Part shown: positions 13,045 to 26,454 of the stretch, piece by piece
How positions within the stretch are numbered: the stretch's first letter is position 1
How the letters are laid out: the number at the start of each line of letters is the position of its first letter
Origin: Lama glama
Taxonomy: Eukaryota
Assembly: GCA_028534125.1 (NCBI GenBank)
Contig: CM052817.1
Span: 100,938,001 to 101,002,000 of the forward strand
Length of the DNA stretch: 64,000 nt
Reading direction: 5' to 3'
Position numbers and translations under genes: made by a program
Notes under the pieces: model-generated
What the model saw: the letters and a program-made list of their open reading frames with translations, nothing else
What the model was told of the DNA's origin: nothing
Databases searched by the model: none

Positions 13045-13464
13045 CTCATTATTCCCGGGTATCACTACTTCTAGGCCCTCTCGGTGGGCAGAGCTGGGAA
13101 CCTGTACATACGTGCATATGTGTGTGCGCATGACAAACATACATATACACATGAATACTAACACACACGTATTAAACCCATGTGCTTATACTAAATAACT
13201 CTGATTCAAGTCCAATACCACAGGGTTTATTTAGCATTTCTCCTTTTTTTTTTTTTAAACTTTTTTTCACAACAGTGAGAAACCAAGCTCTCAGTATCTA
13301 CATTCCATTTACATGTTTGTTCAGTTCTGTTACACACATAAAATAATTCCAGAATTAGTAACCCATAACTCTGTAAGAAATACTTTAACTAACTATATTA
13401 ACAGAATTTGTGTATAATTCTTTTTGTCTTCAGCCTTATGCTGTCTACTCAAGCAACTCCCTTC

Positions 13465-13590
13465 GCCTTCCTATCCTTTCCCTCCCTCTCCCCTTCCTTC
13501 TCTCTCTCTCCTTCCCTTTCTCCCTTTGCCCTTCCTTCTCTTTCCCCTCCATTTCCCTTCCCTTTCCCCTCCATTTCCCTTCCCTTTCCT
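13465..13590. repeat. CT-rich polypyrimidine low-complexity tract
   Basis: ~125 nt almost entirely C/T. Confidence 0.9.
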
Positions 13591-16117
13591 GGCTTAATCA
13601 TTTATAAAAACAGTTTCATTTATTGGTGATTTTATACCATTTGAATTCCTCTCAAATTCTGGTTGGTTTTAATAATTTTTTATGAAGTATATGTGAAAAT
13701 TACTATGATTCTTAGAGTCAGAATTATTTAAAACTATATATTCATAGAATTGCCACTTCTTCCTTATTCTTGCTGCCTTGTTCCCTTTTCCTACTTTTTC
13801 CCACTCCTTTCCCACCTGTCCTCTGAAGGTAACCCATCTCCTTAGTTTCTGGTTTATTCTTCTTGTTTTTCTTTTGTTCCAATGAGTAGAAACATGTCTT
13901 TTCACATATTCTCTTTGCTCTTTCATGGAGACAGCATACCTAAAGGTATTTTTGGACTTTGCTTTTTTCATTTATCATTATGTCTTGGAAATCACTCTAT
14001 ATCATAGAGATCTTCCTCATTTTTTTTTAACAGTTGCACAGTACTCCACTGTTTGGATGTATCGTAGTTTATTAAGTCACTTTCCTATGTTTAGACATTT
14101 TAACTGTTTCTAGTATTGTACAATTATGAAGAATGCTGCAATGTGTATATGTTTTTGTTTTATTGGAGATGTGTTCCCAGGATAGATTTCTAGAAATGGG
14201 ATTGCTGGGTCCAAAGGTAAGTGCATGTGTGATTTTGTGTTGGGCATTACTGAAGTTCCCTCCAGAATGGATGTACAAATTTGTATTCCCATCAGCAATC
14301 TGTGAGTGCCTGTTTCCTTACATCCTCAGTAACAGAATGATTTGTTATATTTTAAAATTTTTTGCCAGTCTAAAAGATGAGAAATGGTATCTCACTGTTG
14401 TATTAACTTGAGTTTCTCTAATTATAAGTGAATTTGATCATTTTTTATATTTTGGAGGCCATTTCAATCTTTTTTTTGTGCATTGTCTGTTCATGTCTTT
14501 TTCCTGCTTTCTGTCTGATTTTGGTCTTTTTCCCCCTTGTTTTTAAGCATTCTTTATATATTAGGAATATTAACCTGTTGTACCACATGTTATGAATATG
14601 TTATCGTAGTTTTTTAGTTTTCTTTTGTCTTTGTTTATAGTATTTGTATTATATAATCTTTCAAACATTTTTATTAGTCAAATTTATCAATTTTTAAAAT
14701 TTTCTCTGGATTCTTACTCAGAATTAAAAAGGCTTTCCATACACCAAGTTTAAAGCATAATTCATCCAAGTTTTACTACTTCCTATGTTTTCATTTTTAC
14801 ATTTAGATTACTAATCCATTTAGAGTTTATTCTTACGTGTGGTGTGAGATATGGATCTAATTTTGTATTTTTCCAAATGGCTATCTAGTTTTCCTGGCAC
14901 CATTTATTAAGAAGTCCATCTGTAATTAAGTGATTTGAGATGTCACCTTTGTTATATACTAAATTTTTGTATATATTTGGTCTAACTCTAGACTTTTATT
15001 CTGGTCTCTTTATTCATGTCTAGTACCTTAATGCTTTACTTATAGATACTTTACAGCATGTTTTAACATCTGACAAAGCTTAATCACCTTATGATTTTCT
15101 TTTTCAGTGTTTTCCTGGCTATTCTTACATGTTTGATTTTTCCATATAAACTTTAGTATAATTTGTCTAACTGTATAAAATAGCTTGTTATATTCTTCCT
15201 ATATTGCATTGAATTTGTAAATTAACTAAGGGAGAAATAACATCTTTATAATGTCATCATAGCCAAGAACAGGATATGTCTTTTCATTTGCCCAGTCTTT
15301 AGTGTCTCTCAGTTGAGTTTAAACATTGTTCTCATAGATTTTACACATTGTTCCCAAGTGTTTAATCTTCTTTGTTGTTATTGTGAATGGGATTTTCTCT
15401 GCCATTATGTCCTCTGATTGTTAATTTTTCAGTAACAGTTCAAGGATTGTTGAATTTTATATGTTAATTTTGTATCCTGCTTTTTCACTGAATTCTTTTA
15501 ACTTTTTAGTTAGTTTTACCTTTGATTCTTTATAGTTTTTCAGGTATACTGTCATATCATCTGCCAATAGAGATAGTTTTACATGTTATTCTTCTAATTG
15601 ACTTATCTACTTGGATTGGTTAGGACCTCTAGGTCAGTGTTGAATGGTAGCAGAGATGATGGATATCTTCTGCAGCAGAAATGCCTTTGTTATTTCTTTA
15701 TTAAATGAGATAGATAATGGTTGTAGGATTAAAGTATGTGTATTACATATTTTTGATCATGTTGAAGATGTCTCCCTTAATTCCTTTTTGCTTGAGTATT
15801 GAGTTATGAATAGGTGTTAAATTTTGTTAAGGAATTTCTCAATGGCTATGTAGAAAACCATGCTTTTTCCCTTTAGATTTATGAATGCGTTATATATTAA
15901 TAGATTTCCTAATTGAACAGCCTTTTATTCCTGGGATAACTTCCACTTGTTCATGTTACATTATTTTCTTAATGTGGTATTAGATTCAATTTGTGAATAG
16001 TAAAATTGTTCCCTCCATTGTATTTCATCAGAAAAAATTTGTTTTGGTGCATTATTGTACCTAATATGGTGTCTGGTAATTATTTGTTTATCTGTCTCCC
16101 TGATTAGATTCAGAGTA

Positions 16118-16415
16118 CAGTCTCCCTAGGTGTCCATGGGGGATTGGTTCTAGTACTTCTACAGATAACAAAATCTGCAGATGCTCAAGTCCCTTATATA
16201 AAATAGTGTAGTACTTGCATATAAGCTGTGTACATCCTCCTGTACACTTTAAATCATCTCTTTGTTGCTTGTAATACATAATACAGTGTGCATACTATGT
16301 AAATAGTTAACTGGTGCACAGCAATGTCAAGTTTTGCTTTTTGGACTTCCTGGATTTTTTTTTTTTCAAATGTTTTCAATCTTCGTTTAGACCTGCGGAT
16401 ATGAAGGGCCAACTG
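16118..16415. mobile_element. MER2-like TcMar-Tigger MITE inserted in an L2 fragment
   Basis: TA|CAGTC...AACTG|TA ends; gatgctcaagtcccttatataaaat signature; L2-like sequence on both sides. Confidence 0.88.
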
Positions 16416-17002
16416 TACCCTTATAACCTGAATTAGATTTTACTTTTCTTTCTCCTTAGTTCCTAGCAGAGTTCTTCATATGTAGTTGGCATTCTCTAAA
16501 TGTTGTTGAATAAGTTAGAAGCAGAAATAGCTCATTAAGAGTTTTACTGAATGAAACCTGGGTGTAAGTGTTTCACTTTGGCAATGAGCGGTCACATCTG
16601 TTATCAGTACTACAGAGTACTGGCGAGGGGAATGGAGGATGTCCAAGTCCTGTTCTGAGACTCTGGCTTTATGTAGGCCATGAATGACTAATATTTTGGC
16701 TTCAACACTCTAATCTTTTAAATTGTTTCATTATCCAAAATGATTTTATGAAATTATTTTTTAGTCATTGAGGTATGTATTTTTACATTCTGCATAAAAA
16801 CTTCTCCTGAATTTTTGTTTGTTTTTAGAATTGCTTACCTGTTATAATCAGTAGATACTCATGATTATAGATAGTTTTGCAAAGCCAGTTCTGACTGCAA
16901 ATAAGTGATTTATGTTGTGGAATATTTGTAAGAATGTCAGTGAGGTGATACAGTTCTTTTAACTAAATTATTTAATGTGTGGTCAACACATTTTACTTTT
17001 AG

Positions 17003-17082
17003 GTATGTCTGACTACAGCAATGAGACTACAACTCTTGATACAACTAAACCAGCCACAGAAGAAGCCAAGTCTAATTCTGAG
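17003..17082 (+). CDS. ARFIP1: Putative alternative coding cassette exon of ARFIP1 (ATG at 17005; MSDYSNETTTLDTTKPATEEAKSNSE)
   Basis: Acceptor ttttacttttAG, donor GAG|GTGACT in phase 0; 26 codons join in frame to GAG TCT ACC ATG of the 40241 exon; not recognisably repeat-derived. Confidence 0.65.
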
Positions 17083-17409
17083 GTGACTGGGTGGTATTTA
17101 TATTGTTTTTTAAAGTCAACCCATCTCAAACTTAGACCATCCAAATTGACATGTTTGTCTAAACATGTGCCATTCTAAAAAAAACTCTTCAACACACATA
17201 GACACAGGAAAGGGGTGGGAGGAGAGAGAGAGAGCTTCCTCAATAATTAGAAGTTAGTTACCATTTGCCTCTAAAGTATACCTGTCCCATAAAAATGAAC
17301 ATAAATGTTGGGGTCTAACTATAGTTTTAAATTTACATTTGAAATAAAGTTTCTGTTGAAATAATAGTAGTAGTAGGTTCACATTTGAGTTCATCTCCTT
17401 CCATATGCT

Positions 17410-17600
17410 CTCTCTAGTTAAGTTGGCATGAGAATCCAAGTGTAGCGTTTAAAAAAAAAATACTGAGTTCTGGACTTCACTTAAAACTCACTAAATCTGA
17501 ATCTGTTTCAGGTAGACACTGGGCTATGTGTGTTTTCTTTTTTCTTTTTGGAAGTTCTACAGGTGTTTCTAATACATGCCACCTAAAAACAGTTCTGGTT
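17410..17600. mobile_element. MER5-like hAT relic
   Basis: actaaatctgaatct...aagttctacaggtgtttctaat motifs. Confidence 0.5.
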
Positions 17601-17669
17601 CATTAGAGAGGAAGATATTAAGAAGTTAATTTTATATTGAATTCAAGTCATCAGATTTTTTTGGAATAC

Positions 17670-17910
17670 CTAATCCTAATAACATCTGTCAAATTTATGG
17701 TGCTTAAAGATTTACAGAGTAAATCTTTCATATCGTCTCACCTTGATCCTTAGACCGATTTGATATAATTCAGTTAGGTAAGTAGAGCAACTGTTATTCC
17801 CCCCATTTATCTGTTGAACATACTTAATTTTCAGAGAGGTAGGGACTGACTTTAAGTAACCTGCAAGGCTGGAACACAACATGGATTCTTCTGACTCCAG
17901 TTGCAGTATT
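17670..17910 (-). mobile_element. MIR SINE
   Basis: gttattcccccattt...tcagagagg...tctgactcca. Confidence 0.65.
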
Positions 17911-19424
17911 TCTGAACCAGTTTGTCATCTGTGTATGTGGTACAGTGCTAGCCACAGTGTTCCATCATCAAGCCAAGACACTGAGTCTGTGAGACAAGCT
18001 TTAATGTAGGATTTAGAGCTAGAACTTATTTTTTGCCCAAAAGTCAAAGATGAGTTCTGGTTGGCAAAATATGCATTGTCTGTGGAGAACTCAGGATTCT
18101 TTTGTGATTTAAAATAGTTTGGCTGTTTCCCATTTGTCAGGGCAGTGTTGTATGTAGTTCTGAGAACCTAGAGAATTATGTATACTGTATTTGATAATAC
18201 ATAACTCATGGATTTGATTTTTTTATGATGAGATCTCTGAATCCATACTGTTGAGAGATGATCAGAGGGTGTTTGATGCATGTGAACTACAGGAAGGACT
18301 GGGCAGCCCAGCCAATGATGGGACTTCTAGTAATAAATGAAAGTATTCTCTTTGTGGTTTACCACTGTGAGTTTGATCTGTGTGATTGTCACTGCAATAG
18401 CTGCTAAACTAGAAATTTCCTGCTCAGTAGAGAGTTAAGCCTAGACGACAGTGATCTTAAAGAATCCACTGCCAGGTAATTGATTGTTCAGATTTGTGTG
18501 TAAATTAACACTAGAATTCATAATAAGTGTTCCCTGTGTTTTTAGCCATGCTCAAATGTGCAGCATCCACCGGGAATACTGCAATTTTTAAAAAAAGACC
18601 AGGAATGTGAGTGTAATCTGAATTTATATGCAAATTTAAAAGTATTGTACGAGTTTATTTAGGAGCATTTTGTGACTTAAAAATTCCCCATTTATTAGTA
18701 TTATACTAACTTAAATCTTCTTTCTTCTGTATCCTTGATGGAAACATTTTTGGGATCAGATTTGCTTATAAGAATTCTTCTTTTAATATATTATAACTAT
18801 GTATTATGGCCTTTAACTCTTAATTAAATGTTCTATACATCAGACTTACCAGTAATTCAGACTAATCCTAGGAGGGCTTGGCTCATCACTGATAGTCAGT
18901 TTGATGAATGAATTCTCACTCTACTAGTGTAAGCGATATGTGGATATTGGTTTCTTAGGAATAGGATTTGATGATCTGAGTGATAGTTTTCATTTATTTA
19001 AAAGCAAACCAGAACAACAACAAAAACCTCCAGCACTTTGAACTGAATCAAAAACATTATCAACCTGAATATGAAGAGAATTAAAGTTCATTTAGGTTCT
19101 AATTGCCTTTGCTCATGAGCACTCAACTGGTTAACTGTAGAACCCAGTTGATTTCCTCTCAGTCAAATGATATTTTCATTAAGATGTCTGTCCCAATAGT
19201 GACCATAAAAAATGCTTTCTTCTTCTCTTGTTTTTTCTTTTTTAATGACGACAATTGTTTTTTTTTTTTGAATTAAAAAAAGAAGAAAGCATGAACTTGG
19301 CTTGCTTTGTACTTTGTTCTAGTCTTGATTAGAGCAGATAAAGATGGATTTTGTTTTTATATTTTTGATATTCAAACTTTATACCTTGAAATGTGTTTAA
19401 ACTGCTGCTTCTGTATCTATAGAA

Positions 19425-19630
19425 GAAATAATAGCCTAATAGGCACCATTCATTGAGAGCCTGTTAAGTGCCAGACACTGTGCTGGGTTTTACGTATGTT
19501 ATCTCATTTAATATTATAATAACCTGTTTATAGGTGAGGTTTTCTCCCTCATTTTATAGGTTAGGCAGCAGAGACCTGGAAGAGTTAACATAGCTACTGA
19601 GGAACAGAGCCATGATTTGAACCCAAAGAA
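19425..19630 (-). mobile_element. MIR SINE
   Basis: gtgccagacactgtgct...atctcatttaat...ccctcattttatag. Confidence 0.75.
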
Positions 19631-20289
19631 AAGTGGGAAAGATCGGTAAGGGTAGGCAACTTAATAGGAAGAAATTATTTAAAGATAGAAGCAAGGAAGT
19701 TGGGAAGACAAGTGTATTTTCAACAACAACAAAAAAAAAAAGGAAGCGAAGTAGTTGTGTTAGATGTTTATTAGTCTATCCTGGGATTATTGCATGAATT
19801 CTTTTCTGCCTTCCCTTCAATATAGTAACAGTAATACTTATACTAATTTCTAATATCCAAGAAAAATATACAGATACTTGCATTTCTCTTTTATGTAAGT
19901 AACCCAGAGGGTTAAAAGTGAATAGTACAGATGTTTATTAATATAGGAAATTTTAAAATAAATAAATAAAATGTGGAATAATAATTCCTTTAGAGTGGTA
20001 CAGGTGAAGAATTGTGGCAGTTCAGAGGAGTATCAGTAAAGGTGGTGTTTAAACTGAGCCTTACAGTGTGGGTATAATTTGAGCTTGTGAATGATGATGG
20101 TCACTGCTTGGGCAAAGTCATAGAGAAAGGAAATTGAAAGATGTGTGTGGGGAAGTATGAGTAATTAAATTTGATTTAATAGAGTATCTGAAGAGGCATA
20201 ATTGATAGAAAGAAGATAGTTCAGGTCATGGAAGAATTTTGAGTGTCAGGAGGAGTTGGCTTTTGTGTTGTAAACATCTTGGGGAGGGA

Positions 20290-20610
20290 GACAGATGTGC
20301 TAAACATATACATAAATTATATAATACAATAATAATATATAATATCCTTACTGCTGTAAAGCAGGATAAGGGGCTCAAGAGTGAAGAAGAGTGCTAATTT
20401 ACAGCAGTTTCTCAGGGAAGGCTCTCCTTAGATGATGTTTGAGCAGAAACCTGAATGCGATGAGGGAGAGTCATGTGGAAATCTGGGAGTAGGAACCTTC
20501 CAGAGAGGAAACAGCAAGAGCAAAAATAAGATTGGCGTATTTGAGGAACAGTGGCTCTGGCTGGAACTGAGGGTCAGTGAGGAAAGAGTGGGAGGATATA
20601 TGGTTCCAGG
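20290..20610 (-). mobile_element. L2 fragment
   Basis: cagggaaggctctc...tttgagcagaaacctgaatg...ttccagagaggaaacagcaag. Confidence 0.7.
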
Positions 20611-21129
20611 GGGAGCTGGTGGCTACAGTTGGCTTGCCCCAGAAACAAGAATGACAGGAAGGAGATGAGAAACTTGGGGGATCTGAAATGCAGTATTCAA
20701 GTAGCGAGTGGTTGAAAATATAAGACAAGTAGATATTAATACTAGTAGATTAAAACATTTGTTAAGAAAAATTTGCAGCAGATGAAATAAAGGTTAAATA
20801 GTAAATAATTTCCCATATACTCATTGTCCAGATTCAGTAATTATTTAGGCTTGACCACGTTTGCTTTATCCATTTTTATATATTTCTTATATAATAGGTT
20901 TAAGGATCGTCTTCCTTTTAAAACCATGAAATTGCCAAGAGAGAAATTAAAAAAAAGAACTTGGCAACAATAACATTTGTAACCATATTCAGCTCTGTCT
21001 TGATACTGGTCTGTTTTAGAGACGTGTGGTTAGGGTACCCATGGTGACAAAGTTCGAAGGAGTAGTTGTGCTGGTAAATACTAGTGTTGACGGGACTACT
21101 CCAACATTTGTCCTGTTAGTCCTGAATTA

Positions 21130-21340
21130 TAACATCTTTATATAGCATTTTCAGTTTTCCCAGCAATTTCACATTTGATTCTTCTAATTGCTGTGTAATA
21201 TATAGGTAAGGTTAGTAATCTCATTTTATAAATGAAGCAGTTGAAACTTAGGGAAGTACAGTGACTTTTATAAAGTTATAAAAAGGAGCAGTGCTGATCC
21301 TTAAATCTTTGTCTCCCAGTACCTTGGTTAGTTCTTCTGA
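21130..21340 (-). mobile_element. MIR-family SINE
   Basis: atctcattttataaatgaagcagttgaaac core. Confidence 0.6.
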
Positions 21341-22749
21341 GACCTCATGCATGGGCTTATTCACTTAATACATTTGAACCATGATAAATTAACTTTGTCA
21401 GAAATACATTAACCATTTTTTAAAGGTTATATTTTTACTAATGTAAAGGGAAACTTCAAAGACTGTGAATTATGAGTTTAATAGAAATGCTTTCTCTTTT
21501 TGTAGGCAAACAAAAATCTAAATAATTTCATCTGACACAGAAGGCATTTGTGCTTTTTGGTATTGAAACAAAATATGGTCTCTTGACATGCATAATTAGT
21601 TCACTGAGCACTGCGACCTTCATTGTCTGAAGCCATAACCAGAACAATTAGAGTTAAATATTTGTGGCTTCTCTTCTTTTTTTTCTTCTTTCACACTATT
21701 TGCTTTATTCACTGCTCTTTTGTCTAGGTTTGACTGAAATTAAGAATTCAGTCCTTTAAATTGGAAGAAAATGTAACTACTTGATAGCAGAACAAAATAC
21801 CTATTGAGTATATGCAGCCAATGAATGAGCATTGAAAATATTTCACAGTGCTTTTTAATGAATTTTCAAATAACTTAAAAAATTTGGAAAAACTGTAAGC
21901 TTTTTATTATACCACTTTATTTTTGCCTACTCAGTCATAAATTGAATTAAAGAACAATGTTAAATGAGTGTGTTTTAGAAGATCTGATACCTTGTATTGT
22001 TGCAAAAGTCTGACTAAGCGTAAGACAAATTCTTTTACATCCTTTCTAGAAAGTTTCTATCTTGTTTCTAAGCATTTCTGAAATTAGGTTTTACCGTTAA
22101 TAATGTAACATTGATAACATCAAGAACTTACTTCCAATATGCCTTCTCTTGCATTATTAAGATAGATTTTCAGTCTTTGGGTGAATTTTTGTTAATGTTA
22201 CATCTTTTATTTTGCATGAAGTATTTCCTATAAATGCTGATTGTCAGATGTAAAGCCTTTTATGATGCTAATGTCAAGGTATATTTGCAAGATTAGAAAA
22301 ACAAGTAGTGCCAGAAAAAACTACATGAGATTTTTCCTTTTAGCTTTGGTCTTGGGCAGCTACAGAAAAGGCTATAGACTCAGAGTTGAACTTAAAGAGA
22401 GAAGAGTTACTGTGCACCGGGAGCGTGAGGGTGAAGTGAGTAGACATTTGACTGGCCAGAACAGAGAAAGTTAAGGGAGAATATTATGGTCTGGGAAGCA
22501 GCTGGAGTAGATAGGGGTCAGACTGCCTGCAGTTTTATGAGCCACGTTATAGCTGTTGTAGTGTTGAGAAGGTTCCCTGGAGTGATGGATAGTGTTGAGT
22601 GGTTCACCAAAGGGACGGGTGGGGGAGGTATTCTCCCCCAGTGCAGTTGGTCTCATGCTTTGAAATGCGTTCATGAATTAAAGTGAGTAAGCATTTAGAC
22701 CCATTGGGCCTGCTAGTGTAAGAAGCAGTTTATAGCATCAGGTTATTTA

Positions 22750-22965
22750 CAGGGATTTTCAGCCTTGACATATTTGACTATATGATTTTTTATCATGGGG
22801 GATTATCCTGTGCATTGTAGGACTTCTGGCAACATCCCTGGCCTGTACTGTACCTTCAAGATGCCAGTAGCACAGCACCCCACTATAACAACCAGAAATG
22901 TTTCTAGACATTGCTAAATGTTTGGGGGGATGGATGCCAAAATCAACCCCAGTTGAGGACCACTG
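22750..22965. mobile_element. MER20 hAT-Charlie
   Basis: tcctgtgcattgtagga...acatccctggcct...agatgccagtagcac...gttgaggaccactg. Confidence 0.88.
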
Positions 22966-23224
22966 AGTTACCAGGATCAGTAATAACACATGTGGCTGAT
23001 AGCACTTGCAATAACAAGCTTGTTTGATAGTTTCATGGTTTCCTAATCTAAGACCCCAATAATAACTAAAAAACTGACCTTTATTAATGCCTTCTACATG
23101 CCAGGCACTGTGCTAATAACAGTCTGAAAAGTTTCTAGACTATTTCATATTTATCACTTGATATTCAAAAGCAATCACAAAGATATTATAAGACCTTTTC
23201 CCATTTACCCACTTCTTGCAGGTC

Positions 23225-23995
23225 TGCTGTCAGGGTCTTACATTGGAAGCAAATGAAACAACTTCAGCTCCTTACACAGAAAAGACATTTACCAAGAGGA
23301 TATGAGGTAGCTTACAGGAAGGTTGGGAAACCAGAATCCAGGCTACAAATCTAGGAGGATACCCTCAAATCATGGTCCAGCACTATTTGGGATGCTGTGC
23401 TGCCGTTGCTTAGCACCAGATGTAGCAGCTCACACTGCCGGTGCTCTGGTGACTGGATGCTGCCCCTAGTGCTGGGGCCATTGCTGAAGGCATTTGAGCT
23501 CACTGCAGTTATCGCTGCCCCAGAGTGAGTTCCTTGTCATTCCTCTTGTTAGCGCTAGTTTCTGATTCCAGGTCTGGGGCAAGTGCCTCTGGTTTGGGGG
23601 AGGGTAAGTCATATGACAGTGTCCCCCAGAGCTCAGGAAACAAATAATGGTGACATAACCTGTATAGCACTTACTATATGCCAGGTACTTTTCTGAGTAC
23701 TTTAAATGTATTTTGTCCTCACAACAGTGTTACAAGATTGGTACTATTATCATTTTACTGACAAGGAAAGAGAATTTTAGGATCTTGCTTAAGTTTACAT
23801 GGCTAGTATATGGAGGAGCCAGGGATTGAACCCAGGTAATCTGGCTCCAGATATTTGCTTGATTATCTGATATTTTGAGCTTTTATATAATGAGAAGCAG
23901 ACCCTGCCTTTCCCCAGCCTTATGGAGAGGCTTTCCCCAACACTGGCAGGGGCTGTGGCTGGGCAGCCAAAAGAAAGAGAAATGCACGATACTTT
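23225..23995. mobile_element. Old ERVL/MaLR-like LTR relic interrupted by a MIR (~23645-23870, minus)
   Basis: MLT-like start tgtcagggtctt...ggaagcaaa; clear MIR piece in the middle. Confidence 0.45.
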
Positions 23996-24449
23996 GCTAA
24001 GATCTGACTTGGCAAGCCAGCCATTGCCTCTGTTGCTGTTTTAAAAGATCCAGGATGAAGGACACTGGATCTGTGGAACAGAGGGATTTTTTTAATGGTC
24101 TGCCATTTTCAGATACTCTCTTAGAGGCAAGTATGTATGATTTTTCAGACTGGATCAAACAGGGAATATATATCTATAAATGGCACTTAGGATTCTGCAG
24201 TATTTTATAGTGAGAAGGTATTGGCTAATTTATTTTTGTCATGGAGACATATTTGAGAAAATGACAAACTGTATTTGCTACTAGCTTGTAGGGCTGCAAG
24301 TCAGTCCCTCCTTGTAGGCGGGCACTGTGATTGGGGCCATATGCCTACACGCCAGCAGACTGGTATGGTCTCCCTGTGGGTGGATTTTTGGCTTTCAGGA
24401 AAAATAGATCTCTGCCGTTAAAGATGGTGGGAATGGAATTTTACCCTTA

Positions 24450-25480
24450 AAAAAAATCAATAGTTTATTGAGGTAAATTTTACATAGGATACAGTGCATC
24501 CGTTTTAAATGTACAGCCCAGTGAGTTTTGACAAACGTATAAACTTGGGAAACCATGTTCACAATCAAGATACAGGTAAAGTTTCTTATGTCCCTTTGCA
24601 GTCAGTCCTCCCCTCTCCCACCCCTCTCCCCAGGCAACAACTGATCTCTCATGATGGATTAGTTTTATGTGTTCTAGAGTTCTGTATAAATGAAATTGTA
24701 TGATATGTATTCTTTTTGTGTCTGGCTTTTTGGCTCAGCCATGACTCCTTGTATTTTTCTGTCTCTCCAGTTTTGGGAGTAGCAGGGTGCCTTATGTCCT
24801 CTCCTCTCTTAGGAATCCAGGAATAGTTGTTGATTTTTCAGTCTGTTCAGTTTTTTACTTGTTATTAGAATGGAACAGTGAATCCCAAGTGCCTTATATG
24901 CAGAAGCAGAAACCAAAAGTCCTGCCCTGAAGATCATGTACTTCCCCCTCAGCCCCCCAAAGGAACCACTGTTCTGCCTACAGTCATTGCACTTTAATGG
25001 TTTTCTTTTTGAATTGAATCATATAGTGTGTATTCTTTGGGACTGGCTTCATTTGTTCAACACTGTGAGATTTTTTGTTTTATATAGCAGTAGTTTTATT
25101 TTATTGCTATTTGGTGTTCCCTTGTATGACTATACTACAGTTTCTGTCTTTTCTATTGTTGATGGACATTTGGGTTGTTTCAAGTTTTTAGCTATTATGG
25201 ACAAAGCTGCTGTGAATATTCTTGTATTTATTTTATGATGGACATGTGCACTATATTTCTTGAGTATATTTCCTAGGAGTGGAATTGCTGGGTCATAGGA
25301 TAGGCATATGTTTAACTCTAGGAGTATTGCCAAATAGTTTTCCATAGTGATTTTATCATTTACCAGTAACGTATGAGTGTCTACATACTTGCTGACACTT
25401 GATTTTGTCAGTCTTTCTAATTTTGGTCATTCTAATGGGTGTGTAATAACAGTATCTGATTTGTGGTTTTAATCTACATG
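24450..25480 (-). mobile_element. Old L1 fragments (3'UTR/ORF2 end plus a 5'-end piece at ~24750-24921)
   Basis: Minus ORF LSYDPAIPLLG and TRIFTAALSIIAKNLKQPKCPS match ORF2 C-terminus. Confidence 0.82.
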
Positions 25481-25563
25481 ACGATTGAACTGAATGATTT
25501 ATAGACCCTTCTCAATACCAAAGTTTTATATTTGTTTGTTTAAAGGGTCTAGGACATGCATAT

Positions 25564-25745
25564 AGCAGTGGTTCTCAATTGGCTGCACATTGGTGAGCTT
25601 TTGAAACTTTTTAAAACTTACTGGACATGCATATGGGAACTTACTGGAGCCCGTCATTAAGTCATTGATCTTTGTCAGGTGTGGTATTTTTTTAAACATT
25701 CCCTAGATAGTTCTAAGATGCAGAGAAGGTTGAAAATCATTGGCA
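25564..25745. mobile_element. MER5A-like hAT
   Basis: cagtggttctcaa...ggctgcacattgg ... ggttgaaaatcattg. Confidence 0.7.
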
Positions 25746-26454
25746 TTTGTGAATGAAACATTCCATGCCTCTCAGGGCTTTGCTGTATCCTTTAGGAATG
25801 AAGCACCAACTATAAAATCTTTATTAGGTATATGCCATGTTAATTTACCCATTTGATTGACACATTAAAAGGATTCAGGAAGCTAGTATCCAACTCTCAC
25901 TTTTTTCATTATAGAATATATTAACTCTTGAGGTCGGTTCCAGGCTCATTTTTGTTTGTTCTCTTCACATTACAAGACTGATTCTTCTTGTAAAATGCGT
26001 TCTAGTGTATATGAATCAAGAAAATCACGTACTATAAAATAAATATACTTTTTCTGTTAACACAGAAAACAGTGTGGCAGTCCTGTACAGTGTTTGCTCA
26101 GCTTTGATCTTTGCTTTACACATGACTGAATTTAGAATGTGTTTGGAATTAACAAGGAACAAACAAAAAGGGACAAGATTTAGTTGTTGCTTTGTGAAAT
26201 AAAAAGTAAGTAAAATGTGTTCACTTTTTTTGTTCATGAGTATAGTAGCAAATCTGGCCTCCTATTGATACATAGTTATGCCGTATGAGGATGATTTTAG
26301 ATCATCCCCAAACAAGTAACATCGTCGTCTGAAATGTGATATCCATTTACTGGATTTTTAAAGGTTCTTTTAAGTTTAGATCTCAGCATTGTTTCCAGAG
26401 ATTCAACTATATAATGTGGGTACCCAGTACTTATTTTCTGACATGAAAATAATT

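Larger units (their letters stand above)
12525..15990 (-). mobile_element. Old L1 (L1MC/ME-type) 3'UTR and ORF2 3' part, containing a gap
   Basis: Minus-strand peptide HLPLDPAIPFLEIYP (ORF2 C-terminal LPYDPAIPLLGIYP motif); long T-rich ORF2 antisense tract. Confidence 0.82.

Noticed and set aside
12439..13164. Long ORFs spanning N runs (also near 30.6-31.2 kb on + and 53.3-54.0 kb)
   Set aside because: Length is an artefact of 500-N placeholders; true gap sizes are unknown
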